DNA from: a virus
DNA: 64,000 nt
Reading direction: 5' to 3' (one strand)
Virus record (IMG/VR): IMGVR_UViG_3300023179_000071
Coordinates: 1-64,000 of that record
Positions within the stretch are counted from its first letter, which is position 1, and every line of letters begins with the position of its first letter. The notes under the pieces were generated by a model, which searched no databases, was not told where the DNA came from, and saw nothing but the letters and a program-made list of their open reading frames with translations. Below, one piece after another: positions 57,561-64,000 of the stretch. A program made the position numbers and the translations under genes.

Positions 57561-59182
57561 GATTCCGGTATAAAACATTTCTCGACAATTAGGCCACTTC
57601 CAGCTTTCTTTGATTTGGTGCCGATAAACACTAAAACCTCATTCTCTTTTAATAGGTCTTTAAATTCATCATATTGTTCCGGAAACATAACTACAGAGTC
57701 AAGACCACCTGAGCTATCAAATATCTCTAAAAAAGACATACTAGCTCCTTTATTTTTACCTTGCTTAGTTTTTGTAATACTAAGCCTACTAATTTCACCC
57801 ATAATGGCTACTTTTTTGCCACTATTAACAGTATGGAATTCTTTACATGAAACTAGATTTGACTCATAATTTTGCATATAGCAATCTGTTTTCGTGCATG
57901 TCAATGGGATGCCGAGTAGTCCCGCTTCTGTTTCTGCTATCCATTGCATATTATCTTTTAATGCATATGGTGGATTGTCTATACTTGAAATGAATTCCTG
58001 TACAAGCGACTGTCTTTTCTTTGTAACTTTGCAATCGGTTAACAGTCTAATAAATATATCTCTAAATTTAATACTACTTATATCTATATTTTTGTCTACT
58101 ATTTGTGCTATCTCTTTTTTTGTCAACTTATTTAACATTTCTAGATAGAATAATAATTCTGTTCTAGGTATCTTATACTCATCAAATGCCCCAACAGAGA
58201 CTATAGCTTTTGCTGCTGCACTATTAATATTAACCATTAATCTACAAAATGTTGGTATTATTCCAGTAATATTTTTATTTATTAAAGTTAAATGTAGTTT
58301 TGCTATTGTGTCGTATACAGAATCTCCAACACCCTTTATATTTGTAATTCCAAAATGGATAGTATTATCAATAATGGCAAACTCTTTATTCATATGTTTA
58401 AATTTTGGTAATAAAACATCTATATTCATAGAGTTAGCATTATGAATAAGTTCTTTGATTTCCTGATGAGGATCTATTTTATCTTTTGCAAATCTCAGAT
58501 AAGAAACAAAGAATATTTGAGGGAAGTGCGCCTTGGCATATGCTGATAGATAGCCATTGATAGCATAACTAACAGCATGGCTTTTATTAAATGAATACCT
58601 TTGGCTTTTCTCAATCCACCCGAATATTTCTTCTGCTTCATGTTCTGTAACAATATGTTTATCATTGCAACCATTGATAAAAATTTTCTTGAGCTTTGCC
58701 ATTTCTTCTGGCTTCTTTTTTCCAATAGCTTTTCTCAACATGTCAGCTTCTTGCAGATCAAAGCCTGCTAGCTCTTGTGCTATTTGCATACTTTGTTCTT
58801 GATATACCATTTCACCATATGTAGTTTCTAGTATATTTTTTAGACTTGGATTATAGTAATCTATACTTTCTTGTCCATTTTTTCTATCTATAAAATGATT
58901 ACTAACGCTTTTACCATCCCTGATAGCCTCCAGACATCCTGGCCTCATGATACTAATAAGGCCAGCTAGTTGTTCTATATTTTCCGGCTTGAGTTTTTTG
59001 GCCATACTTTGCCCAAGTCTTGACTCTAACTGGAAACATCCCTTGGTATTACCATCGGATATTAATTTCCAGGTTCTGGAACAATCAAGAGGAATGGTGT
59101 TAACATCAAAATCCATTAACTCAATATTATTAGAGTCAACTGGAAATCTGCACCCGCAATCGAACTGATAGTATTTGCTCAT
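57557..59182 (-). CDS. dnaE: DNA polymerase III alpha, C-terminal part (fingers, HhH, OB fold)
   Basis: TKGCFQLES, IMRPG, TYGEMVYQEQ, ADMLRKAIGKK, YSFNKSHA, FGITNIKGVG, E..LLG, OB-fold KTKQG...MSF...D. Confidence 0.92.
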   Translation of the reverse strand: MSKYYQFDCGCRFPVDSNNIELMDFDVNTIPLDCSRTWKLISDGNTKGCFQLESRLGQSMAKKLKPENIEQLAGLISIMRPGCLEAIRDGKSVSNHFIDRKNGQESIDYYNPSLKNILETTYGEMVYQEQSMQIAQELAGFDLQEADMLRKAIGKKKPEEMAKLKKIFINGCNDKHIVTEHEAEEIFGWIEKSQRYSFNKSHAVSYAINGYLSAYAKAHFPQIFFVSYLRFAKDKIDPHQEIKELIHNANSMNIDVLLPKFKHMNKEFAIIDNTIHFGITNIKGVGDSVYDTIAKLHLTLINKNITGIIPTFCRLMVNINSAAAKAIVSVGAFDEYKIPRTELLFYLEMLNKLTKKEIAQIVDKNIDISSIKFRDIFIRLLTDCKVTKKRQSLVQEFISSIDNPPYALKDNMQWIAETEAGLLGIPLTCTKTDCYMQNYESNLVSCKEFHTVNSGKKVAIMGEISRLSITKTKQGKNKGASMSFLEIFDSSGGLDSVVMFPEQYDEFKDLLKENEVLVFIGTKSKKAGSGLIVEKCFIPES

Positions 59183-59868
59183 TGTGTTACAAAAGAGTCT
59201 CTAAATTTTATTTTCTTTGATAGATTTCTATGTAGTTTTAGGAAACGGATAAGTAGTTCAGCACAATCATTGACATCTTTCAATGCATCATGGGCGCCAG
59301 CCTTACTAATACCCATATAGTCTCTAATATTATCTAGTGTGAGATTTTTGATATCGCTATTGCTTTCGAACCAATAAAATAGCAGATTCATCATATCCAA
59401 AGTATCTCTTGGATAAAATAAACTAGATCCATTTTCGCTATTGATATATCCAAATTTACGACTAAATCTTTCCACAATTTTCATGTCAAATCTCAATATA
59501 TTATATCCAGAAGCAACAGGTGCAGAAAACATACTTTTTTTACTTCTGTTCAAATGATATATTTCTAGATACTGAGAAAACATTGACCATGCTTGTTGTT
59601 GAGACATTGCATTCTGCCAAGACTTAAGAATATCTTCTTTACTGCAAGCTCTAACCTTTGCGTGGAAATCTAGTATATCGCTATCTTGATAGGTATATTC
59701 TGGATCGTTTTCTAATTTTTCTGGTTTAACATGAATATTAAATGCTGAATCTTTAATAATAGATAAATTATATGGATCTACTATGATTGCGGCTATCTGA
59801 ACAGGGCTGCAAGTATCTGTATCTGTTCCATCTGTTTCAAAGTCAAATATACATATTTTGTTTTTCAT
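59179..59868 (-). CDS. DEDDh 3'-5' exonuclease (DnaQ/epsilon-like)
   Basis: ExoI FDFETDG, ExoII GYNILRFD, ExoIII HDALKD. Confidence 0.9.
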   Translation of the reverse strand: MKNKICIFDFETDGTDTDTCSPVQIAAIIVDPYNLSIIKDSAFNIHVKPEKLENDPEYTYQDSDILDFHAKVRACSKEDILKSWQNAMSQQQAWSMFSQYLEIYHLNRSKKSMFSAPVASGYNILRFDMKIVERFSRKFGYINSENGSSLFYPRDTLDMMNLLFYWFESNSDIKNLTLDNIRDYMGISKAGAHDALKDVNDCAELLIRFLKLHRNLSKKIKFRDSFVTQ

Positions 59869-62369
59869 ATGGTTATGCCAGTTTCGTCCTTTAGTGCTTC
59901 AAGAATAGAGAATGGATTATTATAGTATATATGTAGATTAAGCTGATGTCCACAAAATATCCTACCAAGGCTATCACGAACCCTGACACACCCTATAAGG
60001 TAGTTGACAGACATGGGTCTGTCCAGAGTAATTTTTGTAATATTTAGTTTTGAATCATATATAACGGATTCAGCATTAAAAGTTGCTGTTTGCTGATAAA
60101 TATTGTCTATTTCTTCTTTATTTGGATCGGGATTAGATGATCTTACCCAATAGCTAATTTTAACAGCTCCTGGTAATATTTTGCCAGTCACATTATATGG
60201 TACAATTAACGTTTGTCTATCTGGTTTATACTCATAAGATGAACTAGTTTCTGTAATTTTTAATTCTCTAGAAAAATATGTATAGCATACAATACGATCT
60301 ATAGGGATATTGATATAATGATACCCCCTGTTTACGCTATTCATATAGTATGATTCAAAAGCGTTAAGCATCTTGACATATCCGTCTGTGGATAAAGTGC
60401 CGTTCGATAATTTGTATAACGGCTGCCCACTTGATGCATCAAAGTATATTTTGCCTTGTAACTGTGTATTGAAAATATCTCTTAATAATCTAAAAGAATC
60501 TCCTGTAATTTTTTCATACCTTATTGCATCAGGGGAATTAGTGTTACCAGAAGTATCAGGCTTACCATTTCTGATAGCATCATATAGCTCTTCTAGTTCT
60601 ATTTTTGTAAAACCAAAAAAGTATTTTGTAAGTTCTGGATCAGTTTTTTCATTAAGAAAATATTCGATTAGTTGTTTAGCGTATGTGCCTATATTATAGG
60701 TAATATATCTACGACCACCAGCAGCAAAAGAATCTACAACAACATAGCAAGCGTATAGCCATTCTGTAAGTTCCGGGGCTATTGCTGGCTCATTATTCCA
60801 TCCATTGCACGTAGGTATAGGATCAGACGATTCCTGTGCTTTAATTCTAATATATGGATCAACAAAATTTTGAGCAAATGCACTTTTACCTTGTGATAAC
60901 TCGTACCGTATAAGATATGGTGGGGTCATGAATAGGTCTTCTATTAGAACACGATTATTCTCATCTACAGGCCATCCTACGGTTTTATAGATAATTTTTG
61001 GATCTGTTGGGTCTTTTTCATTTTTTACAGTATAGAAAAACCCACTATTCGGAGACATAAAGATTTCTAATAGCTTTTCATTAGTTTCGAAAGTATTAAA
61101 TGGTTCGCAAAAACCATCATATAACCAAAATCTATTTGCTGTTACATACTTAATGGGTTGGTTCTTCTCATCTGTTCTAAAAAAATATACTGGGGCACTT
61201 CTATCATAAAAATTTATAGGTATAGGATTATCTGGAGAAGACGTGTGTAAATTGAATGCATCTCCAGGCAACAGCTTATAGGAACTCACTTCTTCAAAGT
61301 ACGGAGGAAAATCACCTTTCACGAAAACTTCTCTTGCGCTCAATTTTTCTACAGGAGTATCTAAATTAAATTCATCATCTGGATTTTCTGTGAAGTGCAA
61401 TCCTCCGAATAGAATTATATCTAATAAATTTTTCTTACCAGTAGCTAACATCATGCCTTTTAAGGTAAAGGGGTCCATTTTGTTGGGATATGGACCACCC
61501 ATATAGTCGATTCCAGCTAGAGGTGAATCAAATACAAAATTTGTACCGTATTGTTCTTTAGCAGAGAATACCGTTGCTCTTTTATCTCCTATAAAATCTG
61601 TGAATGTAAATGTTTGTATACTAGGATAAACGGCCGGCACTGTACTCTTAAGTTCTCTGTACTTTCTATGCATACATAAAGCATTTACTGGGCAACATCC
61701 CAAATCTATCTGGTATGTGTCAACTTTTTTATATACCAACCTCTCCCTATTGAAAGGATCATATAGAGTAAAATAATCTCCTAATGATAATTGTCTAAAT
61801 GTAGTAAATTCTTGTGGTATAAGATCGCCAGACCAATCTGAAAAAACTTCTCTTCCACTACTAATTCTGGCTATTATAGTTTTGGGGCCAGTATCAACAG
61901 TTAGAAATGCTTCTCCAGATGGATCAGTATAGTATAGTAAAACCATTTCCCTATTAACTTCTACAATTTTAGAACCAAGATTTTGAAATGTTCCAAAACA
62001 GTATGACTTTTCACTAGTTTGTGAAATAATAGTGAAGTATAATCCAATATTTAGATCTATAGGCTTGCTTTGATTTATTGGAACGTCTTTTTTATTCGGT
62101 AAGGTAAGATATTTGGTTGATTCGGGTAAGCCCATTTGTCCTTCTATATTGGACCCCCACATCCATATACTTTTATCTTCCTTTATGGCAACAGAATGAT
62201 TTGCTCCTACCAGCGCTTCTACCCATGGGATAGCGTCGTATTGAGGTATTCCAGTAATTACCTTGTGTGTATCTGGAGTATCTTCTATGCTTCCTATACC
62301 CAATTGGCCATATTGATTATCGCCAGATGAGTATAGATCTCCATTCTGTATATAGAGTATATGTCCCAT
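59865..62369 (-). CDS. Mosaic protein with N-terminal RCC1 repeats
   Basis: LYSSGDNQYGQLG and GANHSVAI...IWMWGSNIEGQMG (about two blades); remainder unknown; TAGGA SD. Confidence 0.7.
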   Translation of the reverse strand: MGHILYIQNGDLYSSGDNQYGQLGIGSIEDTPDTHKVITGIPQYDAIPWVEALVGANHSVAIKEDKSIWMWGSNIEGQMGLPESTKYLTLPNKKDVPINQSKPIDLNIGLYFTIISQTSEKSYCFGTFQNLGSKIVEVNREMVLLYYTDPSGEAFLTVDTGPKTIIARISSGREVFSDWSGDLIPQEFTTFRQLSLGDYFTLYDPFNRERLVYKKVDTYQIDLGCCPVNALCMHRKYRELKSTVPAVYPSIQTFTFTDFIGDKRATVFSAKEQYGTNFVFDSPLAGIDYMGGPYPNKMDPFTLKGMMLATGKKNLLDIILFGGLHFTENPDDEFNLDTPVEKLSAREVFVKGDFPPYFEEVSSYKLLPGDAFNLHTSSPDNPIPINFYDRSAPVYFFRTDEKNQPIKYVTANRFWLYDGFCEPFNTFETNEKLLEIFMSPNSGFFYTVKNEKDPTDPKIIYKTVGWPVDENNRVLIEDLFMTPPYLIRYELSQGKSAFAQNFVDPYIRIKAQESSDPIPTCNGWNNEPAIAPELTEWLYACYVVVDSFAAGGRRYITYNIGTYAKQLIEYFLNEKTDPELTKYFFGFTKIELEELYDAIRNGKPDTSGNTNSPDAIRYEKITGDSFRLLRDIFNTQLQGKIYFDASSGQPLYKLSNGTLSTDGYVKMLNAFESYYMNSVNRGYHYINIPIDRIVCYTYFSRELKITETSSSYEYKPDRQTLIVPYNVTGKILPGAVKISYWVRSSNPDPNKEEIDNIYQQTATFNAESVIYDSKLNITKITLDRPMSVNYLIGCVRVRDSLGRIFCGHQLNLHIYYNNPFSILEALKDETGITI

Positions 62370-62396
62370 TAAATCCTACTTACTTTGAACCCTATG

Positions 62397-62579
62397 CTAT
62401 TTAATAGTTACCGTAGCATTATCTGGAATAAAAACCTTCTCACCAGTGCTTGCGATAACAGCATTTAGTTTTCTGCAACAAGAAACCCTAACTTCTGCTG
62501 TTTTTCTATATTCTGTATTATTATAGACAAATACTGTATCAATTGTAATATTAGCAAATGTTGTTTGAAGCTCCGACAT
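62397..62579 (-). CDS. Small hypothetical protein (60 aa) with CC motif
   Basis: ATG with purine-rich upstream sequence; fills the gap; a similar sequence occurs inside the downstream gene. Confidence 0.7.
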   Translation of the reverse strand: MSELQTTFANITIDTVFVYNNTEYRKTAEVRVSCCRKLNAVIASTGEKVFIPDNATVTIK

Positions 62580-63999
62580 AATTTTTACCCTTTAATAAAG
62601 ATTGGATACACATGATTTTATCTAACATACCGATACCTAAAATATCAAACTTAACTATACCTAATGATTCTAAATCTTGCATTTCCATTCCTGCAATACT
62701 GTTACCAGTCTTAGAATCATACACCATAGGACAAATACCATCTAAATTGTGTGCTGAAATTGCGATACCAGCAGCGTGTTTAGATTGATTTGATTTGGTG
62801 CCTTCTAATCTAATAGCTTGTTCAAAGCGTTTGGCAAATAGTCCCGTGATTGTTCCATCCTCTTTAATTTCGCACCAATCTTTAAATTTATCTGGAGTAT
62901 TCTCTAAAGCCCATTGTATAATAGATGACTCTCCTCTATCTTCTTTCATTTCTTGTAAATCATCTGCTATTTTAGCTTCATCAGGAATATGTTTAGTTAT
63001 TTGATTCATTTCTTCATATGATAACCCACCATAAACTCTCAGAACTTCCTTGAGCGCTCCTCGTCCTTTCATTGTATTAAAAGTTATCATTTGAGATACT
63101 TTACTATCTCCATATTTACTCTTTATATATGAGATAACACTATCTCTGGTGGTCATAGGAACGTCTATATCTATATCTGGCATAGAAACTCTATCGCCAG
63201 TGTTTCTTCCTGCATTATAAAATCTTTCAAAAAGAAGATCATATTTTATGGGATCAATATTTGTAATTTCTAATAAATATGAAACTAGACATCCAGCAGC
63301 AGATCCTCTACCCGGACCAGGAAGCCAAGAATTACTTCTAATAAAATTGACTATATCTTGCACAATAAGAAAGTATCCTGATAATTTAGCTCCTTGTAAA
63401 ACAGAAAGTTCCTGTTTAATTCTATCTGCATAAATTTTTTGATCTTCTTCTGAAGCTTTGGTAAAGCCACGCTTTCTCCATCCGTCTCTACATAATTGTC
63501 TCAAGTATTCATCTTCATTTTCAATAAATTCTGGTAATTGTGGCCTATTAAGAATATTGTAATCTTCGCACATATCAGATACTAGATTAGTATTTGCTAA
63601 TTCTTCTTGAGTATGCAATGATTCCATTTCGTCACCAGATAAGATATAAAAATTATCAGATTTAAAAAAACAACCCAATGGAACACTCTCATTGTTAATA
63701 ATCTTTTTATTGATTTCTGGAAATGTTGTTTTGAGTGTATTGCATAATAAAACTCTTTGGTCTATTGCGTCTTCTTTATTTGCGTAGTGAGCATCTGGCG
63801 TTGCTATAATTTTGATACTATGTTTTTTGGACAGCGATCTCATAATATCTGTTAAGACTGTTTGAAATGGCAAATACTCTCTGTCCATTAGTTGGGCTTC
63901 TAGGCAGATATTTTCAGAACCAAAGATAGATTTTAATTGATCTATTAATAGAGATGCTCTAGTCAAATCCGAACCATTACCAACCGCATCGGCAACATT
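62551..63999 (-). CDS. dnaE: DNA polymerase III alpha, N-terminal part (PHP, palm, thumb); 5'-truncated by window edge
   Basis: IATPDAHY (PHP), GPGRGSAAG, LLFERF, MPDIDID, KHAAGI, VKFDILG, then a stop; frame stays open from 63966 to the window end. Confidence 0.93.
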   Translation of the reverse strand, partial: NVADAVGNGSDLTRASLLIDQLKSIFGSENICLEAQLMDREYLPFQTVLTDIMRSLSKKHSIKIIATPDAHYANKEDAIDQRVLLCNTLKTTFPEINKKIINNESVPLGCFFKSDNFYILSGDEMESLHTQEELANTNLVSDMCEDYNILNRPQLPEFIENEDEYLRQLCRDGWRKRGFTKASEEDQKIYADRIKQELSVLQGAKLSGYFLIVQDIVNFIRSNSWLPGPGRGSAAGCLVSYLLEITNIDPIKYDLLFERFYNAGRNTGDRVSMPDIDIDVPMTTRDSVISYIKSKYGDSKVSQMITFNTMKGRGALKEVLRVYGGLSYEEMNQITKHIPDEAKIADDLQEMKEDRGESSIIQWALENTPDKFKDWCEIKEDGTITGLFAKRFEQAIRLEGTKSNQSKHAAGIAISAHNLDGICPMVYDSKTGNSIAGMEMQDLESLGIVKFDILGIGMLDKIMCIQSLLKGKNYVGASNNIC

Positions 64000-64000
64000 T

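Larger units (their letters stand above)
1..64000. mobile_element. Segment of a large tailed phage genome (tail/virion module on +, glycosylation/replication module on -)
   Basis: Tape-measure-type motifs, tail-fibre motifs, phage-style DnaE/DnaQ/SSB cluster, near-zero intergenic space, two long unidirectional gene blocks, no host housekeeping operons. Confidence 0.9.

Noticed and set aside
277-63433. Numerous 60-131 aa ORFs nested in or antisense to long genes
   Set aside because: Fully overlapped by well-supported CDSs, no recognisable motifs; expected by chance.
57557-63999. Split intein or pseudogene explanation for the two dnaE parts
   Set aside because: No intein N-block after KFDILG and no HN/C junction before the fingers domain; both parts retain catalytic and structural motifs without frameshifts.

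Overview
AT-rich, gene-dense segment of a large tailed bacteriophage (jumbo-phage-like; complete or prophage status cannot be told). No rRNA, tRNA, CRISPR array, integrase, reverse transcriptase or intein was recognised. There are two convergent blocks. (1) 1-47875, + strand: a virion/tail module. It starts with a >2960-aa tape-measure-like protein (open at the left edge, two GTDTVPAMLTPGE modules), followed by giant fibre/adhesin-like proteins built from GNNN beta-roll repeats, a T4 gp37-like motif, discoidin, Ig-like, Calx-beta, half-FGE and RCC1 modules joined by long Pro/Thr linkers, then large probable tail-tip/baseplate proteins. (2) 47872-64000, - strand: a tightly coupled glycosylation cluster (GT25, two GT4, LicC-like nucleotidyltransferase, several degenerate GT-like ORFs), a probable ssDNA-annealing protein, a Vsr/DUF559-like nuclease, ssb with its own consensus sigma70 promoter and terminator, a DnaQ-like exonuclease, and a DnaE split without an intein into two genes at the palm/fingers boundary. 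Best candidates for new biology: a possible virion O-glycosylation system (mucin-like fibres plus GT cluster), the intein-free split DnaE, and a tape measure carrying a pre-toxin-like cargo segment. All family calls come from motif recognition by eye; no searches were run.
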